From positions 14,632,001 through 14,696,000 of the forward strand of contig NW_026889803.1 of the NCBI RefSeq assembly GCF_033153115.1: 64,000 nucleotides of DNA, in the 5' to 3' direction. Positions 1-13,901 of this stretch are shown in pieces. The notes beneath the pieces were generated by a model that saw only the letters and a program-made list of their open reading frames with translations, was not told the origin of the DNA and did no database searches. The stretch's first letter is position 1. Each line of letters opens with the position of its first letter. Origin of the DNA: Saccostrea echinata (taxonomy: Eukaryota). Position numbers and translations under genes: made by a program.

Positions 1-115
1 TCTATAGCTAACATTGACCACCTATATGAAATTCCAATCTATTTTTACTTTGATTTTATATGTAAACAGATTACAGAATCTAGATTATTTCATAGATTAG
101 TTAATCTTTTCTTAC

Positions 116-3100
116 CTGGTAATCGATTCATGTTGACTCCTTGTGCAGAGAGACCAATCCCCATATATCTGAATTGAAATAAATATATACATGTATCAAC
201 AAAATTGATCCTGAGCATGCAAAGATGATAGAATGTTTTCATTCACAACTTTAAAAGGAATTACAAGAAATATGATATGGAGTCAATTTTTATTCAAGTA
301 ATAATGGAGAAAATCTATTGCTCTAGAATTTTACAAATCTTACAGATTACAGATAATGCAGCCTGCCTGATACTATGAAAAGGGGCTTTTAGGCCATGTA
401 AATTTAAATTTTAGATTCTCATCCTAATTTGCTTGAAAATTGGGGCGGGTGGTGGATAGGGCTGTGCAGTGCACCGAAAATTTTGGTGCATCACGGTTCA
501 TACTGTTCGATTCGGTGCACCGATCCAAAATTCCGGAATTCGGTTAGGTTTGGTTCAAAATTTACATAACACGTGTAAACAAAATTGGCCGAAGTCAGTG
601 ATTTATTTTTTTTTAATTCCACAAATGTCTTTTCCTTTTACAATAGAGGTTAGTTTACATTGGTATGGGCTAGTAAATAGACCGACGGGCTAGTGAAAAA
701 GTAGCAGGTATTTTCCAAGTTTTGCTTTTAAATCCCAAATCAATAAAAAAAAAAAATCAAAGAAGTGTGGTTCTGACTTGTTCATAAATCTCATCTATCT
801 AATTCTTTTAGCATTTCTACATTACATGTATTTATTTCTAAAGACCATGAAAAGGATCGTCTTTTTTTTTTTTAGTAATCCGAATTTCCTCCATCCCAAT
901 TTTATGGAAAATACATGAAGGTATCACATTAATTGATTAAAATATTTCCAACTACTCAACCGGTTCACTGAAGAGTAAATATTTACAAGGGTTATAAAAA
1001 TAAATTAACATTGCATTTGATAATTTGAATTAAAAAAAATAAATCACTAGCTTTCACTTCATTTTGGAAAAGGATCGAAGTCCAATGAGCAGAAAAAAAT
1101 GTATACTGCTATGTTACAAGGTATCCAAAACATGATTGTTCATTCTATTAAATTCTGCATTAAATAATTTCATTGATTATTTATTTATTAATGATGCAGA
1201 AGAAAATGCAAATAGAGAAATAAGCAGAAGAAAAATGAAAAGAAGAGTAATTCACTATGAAATGTAGATGGAATAAAATAATACAACAAAATTTTCAAAT
1301 TTTATTATGTTTTTGGGCTAGTAGAAATTTTACTTTTGCCAATAAAAATATCAAATCTACTAGCCCCACTTGTTAGTGTCTCCAAAAAGTTTTTGTGAGG
1401 ACTGAAGTAAAGGGGTTTAATCAGTTTATAAAGCAGAGATTATTATTTTTCATTAATGATGAGAAATATTTGGACTGTTTAAGGTTAAATCGAACCGAAT
1501 CGAAAAAAAAACTGAACCGTATCATTCTGAACCGAAACCAAACCGAATTGATTGAACCCTGAATTGTCCCAGCCCTAGTGGTGGATTTTATTTTTTAATT
1601 TTTACTCTGGAACATATCTATGCATAACGTTCTTCTTATACAAAATATTCATAATCATTTTTCTAAATGAATTCAATGTAAATAGCACATCTATTTATTC
1701 AGAGCAAATCATTCTCCTGCAAACCATCTGAGGATGAAACAGAATTGGAGCGAACTATCTCAGGGCTAACCATGCATTGGCGTGAAACATCCTGATACCA
1801 TTCAAATACATTGTACACGGTCAATCACGGTGCACTGTTGCTGTAAGAGCTTTTTTTCTAAAATGTTCCATTCAGTTTGACCAACAACTTCTTATGTTTT
1901 GTCTAAAAATATCGTAGTTTTCCATTATCCTTTATAAAGTCCTATTTTAATTTTCATTCTTGACTTGTACATTCAATAAATTGTCAACATTTTGCAAAAC
2001 AGGATGTCTAATATATTTATTATAATAATCTCTGCTGAACTGTTCTTATACATTTACTGTTTTCTGTAGCACTAATCATTCAGTATGCCAATTTTAAAAT
2101 ATGATTGCTACGAGATGCTGTGATTTTCTTCATCTCAAATGCTATATTTTTACTTTTTTCAGATCTCTTAAAAAATATGTACCTACATGTAGATTTATCA
2201 AAGCTTAATATAGCTATTATTTTGTTTTTTTCTGCCTTCTCTATACAGGTATATTAATTTTTTAAAAAACGTGACAAGGGCATTTTGAGAGGGGCGGGCG
2301 GGGATGAGAACCTAAACTAAAATTTTATTTGGCCTTAATGGTAAATGTTTTCAGTAACTGTCCAAGTGTATTAGCTTATTGAATCAACCCATTTAGTGAA
2401 GCATGCACAATGCTTCGAAATTACAAAGAAAGATGCACTGCTCTAATTTACCTAAACCTCACTAACTGCCTTTCATCATTATTGAATTTCCTGAACCTCC
2501 CAAGAATCATGTGTCAATTATACAATATGGTGCCCCTTTACCATTGATTTTTTAGAGCATGTATGAAAATTGGTGCAGCTAAATGGCAAAATTCAGAGAG
2601 TGGCATTAACAAATCCATTTTCATTCACAATAATCGACTTTGACAAGATACACTCTTGTTGGCTCTTAAGTGATATAAAATTGTATGTTGTCAGGAAAGA
2701 AAAAAACAACTAAAATTGTATAGGATCCATTGTAGCTGACCTTTGGTTAGGAGGTCACTGACCAGATCACATGACCCCTCTACTGTCAGACACTGGCCAA
2801 TCGACCTAGATCTGAGCACAGCCCAGTGTTTACACACTGACCTATCAGTACATTTACACACCACAGTCAATAAACACTAAGCACGATTAACAACACATCA
2901 ATACAAAAGCTTTTGCTTTCCTAGATTTTTTTTCATGTAATTTATAAACAACTCCTTATAGCCTGAGAAGCACCAGACATCTGATTCTAATGTATGAAGT
3001 TTCTATAATTGTGTGGTATAAATACAACCACTCTTAAGAAACAGAAGTATGCCAACAACCTTGCTCTACATTTATAAAACCAAAACAAATATATACACTA

Positions 3101-4885
3101 AATCCTTAACCTTGAAGGAGAGGTGAAAATTCTCGAGACACATGTGACATTCAAAGGTGCACCTCCCATATAATTAGGACTTAAAAGAGTCTTTACATAG
3201 GTTTTATGGTACATGTTCTAGATCATTCACTAGAAGCAATAATCTACTGTATGTAAACATCCCTGGTGCATATCACTGTTATTTCTATCTGCAGTCAGAC
3301 AGAATAACTGTACAACAGACATGTATAAGAGCCTGGAGATATCCCTATGGTGCCAGCTAAGACCTATGATTGAAACTGTCATATCACACACTGAGCTGCT
3401 GGAATGATAACAAATATCATTCCAAACACCATACGAACACACAGACAGATGAAAGTCTGTTTTTACTCCATATTCTTGAACATAGCATTACTTTTTTGGA
3501 AGGTCATGAAATTAAGACTATATCTTTTAACTTCTAGAATTGAGGTAAATGTGTTTAACGATCATATAGGTACACATAAATGTTAGACCAAAGGTGTGTA
3601 TATACAGAGGCTACGTTTTGCTTGTCTCTAACAGGTTTCTGGAAGGTCTAGAACAAGTATGAATAAATCCTTTATTTACTGGTATACTACACCTACAGCC
3701 AGATCATTATCATTAATTAACCTCTTGAGCTAACTTGCATGTCTACAACTGTAAGTACAGAATCTGAATATATGTGCCTTATGTAAGGACTAAACTGATG
3801 CGTGTCATAAAAATGTACAATAAGCCAACAGGCCTTGGTACTGGAATTCTAGATTCTTATGAGATCATTTTAATACCTTGGTATAGAACTCCTTCAAGAT
3901 TCATTATTATCCTTGATAAAGTACCAATTTTACAATATATATGAAAAACTTTACCATAGTCTGGCCAGTTGGGTCTGAACACTGGGGGTCACAAATTTTA
4001 TGATTTTTTGAAGAAGTGTACTGTTAATCAAGCAAACCCTTTGCCTCCTAAATGTCCAGCAGTAATGAAGAGGGCATGAACTTTAAAGGTCCTGACCCCA
4101 TTCCTTAGGTCCCAGGACCCAGGATTTTGCATCGAGATGGGGGTAGGAAGGGGGGGGGGTTAGATGGCTAAGGGTCTGATGACTGCAGAGGGCCCTAGTG
4201 GATTCATGCCAGTGCACAGTGGATGGCTTTTAGGGGCAAAGCCTCCTCAGAATTAGATAACCTCATTTTGACACAGAATGTAATTTCTTGATGCTATTTG
4301 TCCCCACTGAATTGATAAACAGCCAATCTTCTCCTCCTCTACCTTTTTGAGGATGGGGTGGGGGGGGGGGGGGTTCATTTCAGGTGCCCCAGTCTGAACC
4401 TGCATCTGAAACTGATTCAGCAATTTCAGAGATTCAGAGGAGAAAATGAAATGTTCAACAGTTTATAAACAATACATGATTAAGTCAGGAGCAGACCACC
4501 ATAGGACATAACATTGACTTGGGTGACCTAAAAATTGTGACTTCATGGAAAAAATATGATGATGATTTAGTTGAATCAATGCCTTACATGTCTGTAGTAC
4601 TATAAATGCATTCAGCACAAACAGAAAATGAGCTTAGTTTCAGCTTACCCATCTCTCCCTTTGCTGATGATTTTGACTTCAAAATAATAAATTCCACAGG
4701 AAGGGGGGATTGGATGTGTGGCCCTCACACTGGCGGCATCTTTGTGGTTCTTCCCAACACCTGAAATAGTGATAAATGTAATGTATATACTGTATCTATA
4801 CAATGTTGAGGCATTTTAATTTTCTCTAAGCAACCCTTAAGATCAACCCTTAAGGTGCCTTGAAATTTAAATTACAGTGCTTGGC

Positions 4886-4918
<33 letters not shown>

Positions 4919-7900
4919 AAAAAAAAAGCAGAAATTAAAATAGTTCATGTGTACAAGCATCTTCGCTAGCCAAGGGTTTCTGATTCGCAACTCTCCTCAT
5001 AAACCCTTGGCATACGGTGCTGACAAAAGACGGGATTGTTTTTGTCACGTGATCATGATTCTTACCAGGTTCGCACAGATTGCGTCATCGACAGAGCTAA
5101 AAAGCATATTTAAAAAAATTTTGTTTTTAAAGAATAATTAACAAGAAGGTATCGAGTTATGTTGATTTGTTATTTAAACATGTAAAAGTGCAAATTTACA
5201 TCTTCAGTATATATTCTTAATCACATAGTTTGCACGTAGCTTTATATTGGATGACACCATATAGCTATTCATAGAATGGCATGTTATCTTACGGATCATT
5301 GTTTACTTGCGTTTTACATTACCGATATTAAAGAGTCAAGATATATCCCGAACGCATATATCGTCATTTACAAAAAACAATTGCTGATTGGTCGAACGAT
5401 GTCGATCAACTCCAATCACAACTTGAGAAAAAAATCCCAACTTTTTTTAACACCGTATGCCAAGGGCTTATGAGGAGAGTAGTGTATCAGAAACCCTTGG
5501 CTAGCGAAGATGGTGTACAAGATCAATGTATGACAGTGAAATACACTGTAATCAGCAATTGTAACACTATGTTTCACAAAGTCTGACATTAATTTTAAAA
5601 CTTTACACAATAATGTAAACTGATACTTTTTTCCCTTTTACAACTAAATGACATATTTTTAAAAATACATCCTGTTTATTCATCTTTCCTCCAAGATGAA
5701 TAAAACATGCATTAACTTAAAAGTGTTTATAGTGGTGTACAAAACCCATTGACAACCTTCTAGTCAGCTTGTCTTATCTTTTAAAATTAACATAGAAATT
5801 ACAGGTATTAAAGAATTCCTTTAAAAATTGACAGCTTTGCTGAAAAGTCACTAGTCTCAGGCATACAAACAGACAAATTTTGTACACTAGTATATAGATC
5901 TATTCATTTACTTATTAAGTTTCTTTAATTAGTAAAAAGAAAAAAAACATTAACTTTCTGTTTGCAATAACATTCATATAACCAAACAACATTTTTAATA
6001 TTCTATTCTAATAGCAGTCAAAGAAGCAATTTGATGATGTTCTTTAACACCTTTATTTGTATTCAGTGTACATCAAGTCTTAGTTTTATCTTTTAAATTT
6101 TCGTTAAAAACAAAATTCTAAAAGAGTGATTTAATAATTTTGTTTGAATTTCCTGTCATTGTGAAACCATTCAAAAGGAACGCAAAAATCCAGATCTTAG
6201 CTCTAAATGAACTAACTTCATCAATTAGTAATCGACTGAACCCGTTGTTACATCATTTCAATTACGTACTCTGAAGTACCTGCACTTTATTCAAGATCTG
6301 TTTCACTGCAAGTTGAACCCGTCAATTATTTTCAATGATTCAAACTTCCTGCATCGATCTCATTCTACCTCCTTTACTCTCTGAGGAAAATACGTCAGTG
6401 AAATGTCGAATATCTGAGGCTGTGTTCCATTTGTTTTCTTTGTAGATGATGAATGTACTTGTTGCTAATATCTAACTTCACATATAACACCATAATATCC
6501 TGCTCAATGTACACGATTCTCTCATTTCTTTACAAGTGGCTGAGATAGTTATAAGTAACCAAAAAAAAAAAACCCCAAAATAGTGTTAAATCCAGACCCT
6601 AAAAAGGGCATGGTAATCCAATTATCAAAAGGGCACTTTATGCCGCGACAAGTTTTCATGAGGGCACTTTTTTAACGTTTTTGAAATTATTAATATTTTC
6701 TTTATCATGTTTATGTACTTAAATTATTATTTAATACTGAAATCTTTAGTTATACAAGTATCTAAAAGAAAAATTTATAAATCTGTCAGCTTAATTCATT
6801 TAATACACACTGAGAGGGCAATTATTGCCAAAATTTAAATTCAAATTTTTTAATCAGGAAATTAGTATGGTTATCAAGGTTATGCTTAAAAAGTAATAGG
6901 TGTGAATCTTTTTGTCACTTGCTCAAAAATCATTTTAGTTTGGGGTATGAATTTTTTTTCCCTTGCTTTAATATTGTTATTTATGTATGAGGTAAATAAC
7001 AGAACAAAATTGCAAGGGGGGGGGGGGCTACTTGGATAATAAATGTAGAGGGCATTCTCTTTATTTTTAAAATAATCTACCAACAAAATCAACTGAAAAC
7101 TGATCATACCAAAACATTAAACTTGAAATAATATAAAATTTGGTTAAAACTTTTTTTTCTGGCCTAGAAACATTGAGCCTCTGGGTGTCAACTCAAAAAG
7201 TTAGAACACAGAAACTAACTTCATACTTTGTTGTTTCCTAACCCATTTTACACATATAATATTCAGTTTTTTGGTACTGTACATTGTAAGTTGTCTTAAT
7301 TCATCAGCAGTTTTATTTTTCACATTTCTTCATCAACTATGTTTTTTCTACTTTCAATTTAAAAAAAAAACGATCCTGATTTAAAATGTGTAACATTTTA
7401 ATTTACAAATTAATCTATCTGTGACATTGGGCTAATTCTTGCATAATCAATGCAATCAAATGATATTTTCTCGTGTTATCTCTTATACCCTGACAGCCTG
7501 AGGCATGTTACCTGGCCAGGTGGCTGTGTGCGTTCAAGCGAGAAGTGATTTCCTGTCCTGAATTCACACCTTTGCGTGCATTAAATAAACAAAGGGGCTA
7601 ATCAGCATGCACTGAATAAACAAAGCCGCTAGTCCATCTTGCCTCTGCTAGGCATATTTATTTATTTTTGCAAGGAAAAAAGGGCATGGCGCTGGAAAAA
7701 AGGGCATGGCGCCAAGGGAGAAGGGCATGGCGCCGCGCCATGCTAGTTTGCTTTAGATTTAACACTACCCCAAAAACTAACAACACTGCTAGGGCATGAA
7801 ATTAGGAAAATGGGGTTCTTCGTATATTTAAAAAAATATTTTCTCTGAAAACAATGAAACTGCAAAGTGGTTTTCTCATTCAGCTTGTGACTTTTTTCAT

Positions 7901-10900
7901 CACTCCTACACTGATATGAACCCAATATAGCCATAGGGAGGAAAAGGACTGTGACCTTGTAAACAAATATAACCTATCGTTGGGTCAAATTTTTGCTGAC
8001 ATATGTTTCATTCCAAATGTTAGGGCTTTGTTATTGTACTAAATTTGACTATGGAATGTTCTACTTTATCAATACATAGGGCACACGGTGGATGTGACCG
8101 GTCAACAAGGAATGCTTACTACTCCTAGGCACGTGATCCCACCTCTGGAATTTCCAGGGGGTCTGTGTTTTATGCTCTGTCCACAAATTTGTATTGTTTG
8201 TAGATTTTTTGATATCGATCACTGTTTGTCATGTATATATAATCAAACTTTATTTGTTTTAATCATGTTTATAATCATAGGAAAAAGAAAAAGATTTTTT
8301 TTTTTTGGTCTTTTTTCCCTAATGCATCAAAATTTCTACAACTGGAACACACTAAAACATGCAGATCTTTTGTCTAAGAGTACGTATACTTCAGCCTTGA
8401 GAATTAATCCACACTAAACTGGTATTTGTCATCACACTGTGCAAAAAAAATTATTTAGTATTATATATCTCCCTTGATGAAATATTGATTCTATCATTGA
8501 CAACATGAAATGACATAGTAGTGATGTTAGTTACAAAAATCTACAGCTAACATCATAGTTTAATTCCTAGCTTTACCTAGAAAAAATTAACCCTGCATGA
8601 ACTCTTACTGCATACACAATGAGCTAAACCAAATGTTTTCTTTATCATCTTGAATTTGTCTGAAAAATTCCAATTTAAGTGGTTACAAAACAGGTAAATA
8701 CAGAGTCTCAATTAACTTTAGCTGTACATATTAGAGTATGAATTTTAAGACACATTTAAAGTTGCCTTTTATTATTTAGATTTGATATTGTTATACCATA
8801 AAATAATTCTATAGTAATTTTGATTGAGATACTCTGACAGATTCAACACTTACAGGGACAATTTATTTGGTCTTAAAATATCACTGTTGCATTATTTTCA
8901 CTATCTCGAAAAAATGTCAGGTTTAACAAACTTACAAGGAAATTTTATTTACATCAAAATAGCAAATATTTCATTTCCTAAAAGATACTTATATTAGTTA
9001 TTTCAATTTATCAGCATCAAAGGTGAGAAATGAATTCATGAGAATGACAAACTTCCCTGTTGGTTTACTGTGCTTTGATAATGTGTACATTCAACTTTCT
9101 TATCTCAACTTCTTAACATGCTTAAAGTTGAAACACTATGGAAAATTTTGGTAAAGATAAAATCATGATTTCTGCTCATGGACCATAATTAATGTATAGT
9201 GACCAGAATATTTTAAGAATATTTCACAGTATAAATAGAATTATTAGTTCCTTTCACACATTTTATTGATATATATCTTGTTGCATGATTATGTTGTCAA
9301 CACACTGGCAGAATTAGCTATTATAAGGATGCAAGGATTTATAGCTGTAGTCACATTTACATGGAATCTTCATTCTATAGCAATATCCCACTTGTGTACA
9401 TTGATCATCATATTGATTATTCCATTTGTTCTTTTTAGGTTTCTAAATTTAATAAGAATTCTGACAAGAAAAGTCAAATTGGTTGCTATAAGAATAAAGA
9501 GAATATTTTTTCATTAGTTCTTTCACTTAATACTCTGCTTAGGCCAAAAAAAATATGGTTACCCGACCCACCCTATTTTTTTAGCCAAATTCCCGACTCT
9601 AAACTTTTTTCCCCAGAAAATTTAAAGTTTCCGAGACCGCCTCTTTTTTTTATGAAATCGTAATGGCAGTGCACTTGTTGGTTGCACAAAGTCTGTCTGT
9701 TGCTGTTTCATGTTGATATATAATCATAAAATAATCCTTTTCAAATTATTTAGAGAGGAAAATGTAATGAATTGTCCCCCCGTAAAGCTGTTTTCACAGT
9801 AGCAATCCTGAAAATATCAGCTGGAATCAACATTGGATCCTATCAAATTAGTGATCAATGCAACATACATGTGATAAATGATCACCAATGTTTTGAAATT
9901 AATTATCAAATTATTTTCATGCCATTTAAGACATCTAAATGCTATAATAATATTGAAAACAATTACAGATATCATGAAATTGTCAATGAGCTTACTGTTT
10001 ATACATGTATCATGGACATAGATATGGGCCACACTAATATCAGTAAAATGTCATCCAGTCATTTTTTTCAAAATTCTATCAATAACGTAGACTTAGTATT
10101 TATATCAGTCTTTGTTTTATTTAATGTTACTAATCAAAAACATTTAAGAAAATAATTATTTTTTCACAAAAATATGTCTGCCAAACTTTTTTTTTTGGTA
10201 ATAAATCTAAAGAATGTTGAGCTATACAGTTTGCTACATACTGATCTTTCTTTGGGTAGATTTGAATTAGAATTTTTAGAATTACAAAAATTTAAATTCA
10301 TATGGATTAATAATTGATGTTTTTTAATGTTTTAAATTAGGGGGAAGTAAAAGTAGTTAATCATAAGTGTATCAAACCCAACCCCCTTAATTTTTTAAAC
10401 TTCTCCCTGTTTTGCTTTGAGCATGTTGAGGTAGAGGTGAAGACTCCCTAAATTTTAGGCCTAGAATAGACCTTGATTTCTAGACCTAGATTTATTTCTC
10501 ATTCATTACATTCATTAGATATTGAATCTCCAGGGGCTTAAAAAAATGCACCTACGTACCCTATTTTAAAATTCCATGTAATAGGAAACACCCTTTTTTT
10601 GGCCTTACCCAGTTAACTACAGCCAACAATTTTACATTGTTGATTACAACCACTCATGAATGAGATTGCATATTAAACATTATTAGCAGTAGAGGAGTGC
10701 AGAAAAAAGTGTTAAAACATGTATTTAAGCCTAATTTCTCCTTCCTGTTTCTTGTAATGAGCTTAACACGACTTTCAATATCAGGTTGAAAGAGAGCTGA
10801 TCTTGTGTAAACAGTCACACGTAGACTGCCCCTCACTCTAAGCATTCTATCTTTTAATTAATATTTCAAATTATCCAAAATTACTCATCATGATCATATT

Positions 10901-12012
10901 TTGGTCCATTCACATGATCAAGGTGTGTTTCAGATTTTAAAAATTCTATTTTCTGTTGTCTTAGAATTACAGAATTTCATTATTCTCACATGATTTTCGA
11001 TATACAGTAGTTGACAATGTGTACTCCATGATAAAGCAACATTGAAATACAAAAAATATTTGCAAAATTTTTAATGCGTTTAATTAATGAAATTTATAAT
11101 TGAAAATTAGAATCAAGAGAGACATAAAATTGATTTTATAAATTATTAATTTATCAATAATCCACCAATCGATCATGGATGACATTTTAGGATAATCAGA
11201 TGCATGTTCTTAAAACACTGACAAATGTAAAGGAAATCAGCTTGAAACTTCACCATGATGAAAGTTGATATCAATAATATTAGTACAAAGTTACTTGACT
11301 TGAAGAATGTCACCCTAAATGGAACATTAACTAAGTCTCAAACATGACCTCATTTCCACTATTGTTCACAGTAGCTCTAGCTTCTTTAGAATAAAAACAC
11401 TGAATAATTCATGAGATAAGGCTTATATTTAAAAGAATAAATGAAAATGGCCTAATTTGTGCACTTTTTGGAAAACTGACTTCAATGGTAATTTTGTTAA
11501 CCACAATGGCTTATGCACATCAATTAAACCATTGAACTGTCATTCTTTAAGCTAGAAAACGGCATTGCCGTTTGGGGTTTGTATCTAACAAATCAGCTGT
11601 TTAATGGGTCAGCGATTCTACGATTACTGCTGTTCTAAAAATAAACCAAAACAAAGAAGTTCGCCTGACAACTAGATATTTCTAGGATATGAATAGACAA
11701 TCACCAACTCGATCTGATATAATAAATACTTGGGGGTCAGTATGATGTATACCTGAAATCCCATCCCTGGACTTAAATAGAATAAATTGCGTTTGTTTAC
11801 ATATGTCGAAATAAAAATTTACCTTTGTAATGCACACGCAAATTATTTTGGGATAATCCAATAAAATTGTACTTGTCTTTAGAACTCCATGCTCTTGGTA
11901 GTGGAGTTTCTTCTTCATTTACTGCTGGATAGAGCTGCTTCAGAGGGTCAGGAATTTCTTGAATACTGGTATTGAGCGATTCAGTGGAGCTAAATCCACT
12001 TGTCGCTGCCAT
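116..12012 (-). CDS. RANBP9: Ran-binding protein 9/10 (SPRY-domain CTLH/GID complex scaffold), first three coding exons; gene continues left of the window
   Basis: Exons 12012-11823, 4760-4649 and 168-116, all GT-AG with consistent phase. They give MAATSG...[93 protein letters not shown], which matches the RanBP9/RanBP10 PRY-SPRY start. Probably a co-orthologue of both vertebrate paralogues. Confidence 0.93.
392..2334. mobile_element. Non-autonomous PIF/Harbinger (Tourist-like) element with a nested hAT element
   Basis: Termini GGCCATGTAAATTT..TTAGATTCTCATCC and GGATGAGAACCTAAA..TTTGGCC are imperfect inverted repeats. TTA flanks both sides (389-391, 2335-2337), giving a 3-bp TSD. Confidence 0.65.
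457..1577. mobile_element. Non-autonomous hAT-like DNA transposon
   Basis: TIR TAGGGCTG...CAGCCCTA. Exact 8-bp TSD GTGGTGGA (449-456, 1578-1585). Subterminal TTCGGT/ACCGAA repeats. No transposase ORF. Confidence 0.85.
4958..5512. mobile_element. MITE with ~80-bp TIRs and a 9-bp TSD (Mutator/MULE-like)
   Basis: TIR CATCTTCGCTAGCCAAGGGTTTCTGAT...CTCTCCTCATAA.CCCTTGGCATACGGTG at both ends. Exact TSD GTGTACAAG (4949-4957, 5513-5521). Superfamily inferred from TSD length only. Confidence 0.85.
6593..7745. mobile_element. Degenerate non-autonomous DNA transposon remnant with AGGGCA(T/C) subterminal repeats
   Basis: Clusters of AAGGGCATGG/AGGGCAC at 6605-6667 and 7680-7745. The right TIR and TSD are not resolved. 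Confidence 0.35.
7970..8230 (+). repeat. Fragment resembling a high-copy dispersed repeat of bivalve genomes
   Basis: GC-richer core GTGACCGGTCAACAAGGAATGCTTACTACTCCTAGGCACGTGATCCCACCTCTGG, recognised from memory. Class not established from this window. Confidence 0.35.
9542..10604. mobile_element. Non-autonomous PIF/Harbinger (Tourist-like) element
   Basis: Termini GGCCAAAAAAAA...TTTTTTTGGCC with TTA on both flanks (9539-9541, 10605-10607). Same terminal and TSD pattern as 392-2334. Confidence 0.65.
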
Positions 12013-12304
12013 TTTTCTGTTACTTCCACCAATGCCCGTATGTAGATTATGAGGCAGTCAATGTTGCTTGAAACACAATTTTTTATTTGATGATGAAAAT
12101 AATTTCATCCAATTAAATTTCTTGTTACATTATGTGATCATCCATTAGCTAGGTTCCTAGTTGATTCGTTCTTCTTATATGTAGATATTGTTCCAAATAA
12201 ATAAAATAAAAAATAATAATAATAAAAGAATAACAATCTCTCAACTTAACAAGATTTCAAATGCTTCGGGGATATTCTATTGAAATAAAAACAAAACAAA
12301 GTTA

Positions 12305-13600
12305 AAAAGAGGTGTATGTGAAGCACTGATGCCCCCGTATGGCAGCTCAAAACCAAGGTTAAAGTTTTTCAAATGTAGGTTAAGAGTTCACAAATGTTGA
12401 TACCCAAAGAAAGGTCTTGTCATAAGGAAAATACACGTGAAATATAATAACCATAGTACCAAATATTCAGAAAATATATTTCCAAAGTTTAAGTTTTCCA
12501 AAAATGTCATACTCCAATCCAATGTCAATATCAGAAGACAAAAAATAATGGTACAAAAGGAAAGGTTTTATCACAAGAAATGCATATGTAATATGAAAGC
12601 CCTAGCAGCAATTGTTCGAAAGTTATAGGCAAGATTACTGGGTTTTTTTTTTCAAATATAGGTTACTTTTAAGGACATGAGGTCAAAAATGTTGGTACCC
12701 AAAGAAAGGTCTTGTCACAAAGAATACACACGTAATATATGAAAGTCCTAGCCTCACCAATCAAAAGTTAAGTTTTTTCAAAACTCCAAGGTCAAGGTCG
12801 AAAGGTAAAAAATGTTGGTACCCAAGGAAACGTCTGGACACGTGTAATCTGAGCGTTTGTCTGTTTTTCCGAAAAAACTTTATCCTTGCCCATAACTTTT
12901 GAATGATTTGACCTAGGGCTTGTTCTTCTTGTGATAAGACTTTTCATTGGGTAATACTTGACCTTGACCCTGGAGTTTGACCTGCTTAAATTATACAAAA
13001 TTTTACCGAACTTTAACCTTGACCATAACTATTGAACCGTTGGTGCTAGGCTTTTATATTTCACATTTGTATTCCATGTGACCAAACCTTCCTTTGGGTA
13101 CTGAAATTTTTTACCTTTTGAACTCCTCACTCACCTGTCATTAAATCGTGACTATTCTAAGCTTATAATAAATAGCTTTTCAAGGTGTCGATTTTAGATT
13201 TCTGAAGGTATACTAGTATTTAGAAGTGTGTAGTCTGTGGCGTGGATTCAAGGTTGTTCAAATATTATTGCCCTTGTGGGTGGGGGCAAAAGTATGGGAT
13301 TAGAGTTTTACATAATACATAAAAAAACAATCTTAAAGAGTAATTCTCTTTTAAAAGTACAATATCTTCAGTGTCACTATGTTATGAGGATTCAAGTTTG
13401 GTCAAGTAACCCTCCCTCAAAACTTTGAGCGCTGGGAGGGGGGTGGGGGTGTCCCGACCCCCCAACCCCCCTGAATTCGCCACTGAAATGGCCCATGGTT
13501 GGGCTACATTTAGTGGGTTAAAATATTTAGGAATAAGTCATTTTCTAAAGAATGACAAGACTTAGGTGACTGAGCATTCTGTCCCATGGGCCTCTTGTTT
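12305..13600. mobile_element. Cluster of Helentron/HINE-type elements with internal satellite-like repeats, between the RANBP9 and TSNAXIP1 starts
   Basis: Start GTGAAGCACTGATGCCCCC. Diverged ~140-150-bp tandem units (AAGGTCTTGTCA...ATACAC.TGAAATAT). An oppositely oriented segment from ~12850. A terminus TAGGTGA...CCCATGGGCCTCTTGTT at ~13600. Confidence 0.6.
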
Positions 13601-13811
13601 TCAATGCATATGGACCGAAACAGTAAGGGTTCGAAATGAAGTAGTACCTCAACATCAACAATTTACGACATGCTCGTAATGTTAATTTTATCCAGTTGAT
13701 AAATTTATCAAGTTTAAAGTAAAGAAGAGTTTAAAATATGTTTTCCGATTAAAAGGTAACAATATACATTTGTTTATTTTTCTGGTATCAGAAATCGGTA
13801 CTTAGCTTATT

Positions 13812-13836
13812 GTTGCCTTGACTACGGCGCCATTTT
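13812..13836 (+). promoter_or_regulatory. RFX X-box-like motif followed by a YY1-like motif upstream of TSNAXIP1
   Basis: GTTGCCTTGACTAC (13812-13825) resembles GTNRCC-N(0-3)-RGYAAC. CGCCATTTT follows. Both lie 65-90 bp before the ATG at 13902. Confidence 0.4.
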
Positions 13837-13901
13837 TACTGTACAATGGCTGAACTTGGTTAGATATATTTTGCCAGAAGAATACACATCGAACTCCAAA
13901 A

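Noticed and set aside
4887-4927. Poly(A) tail of a retrocopy or SINE
   Set aside because: No recognisable upstream element body or TSD; treated as a simple homopolymer.
9772-10155. 127-aa ORF as a possible transposase remnant
   Set aside because: It lies within a MITE, has a TTG start and no DDE or other recognisable motifs.
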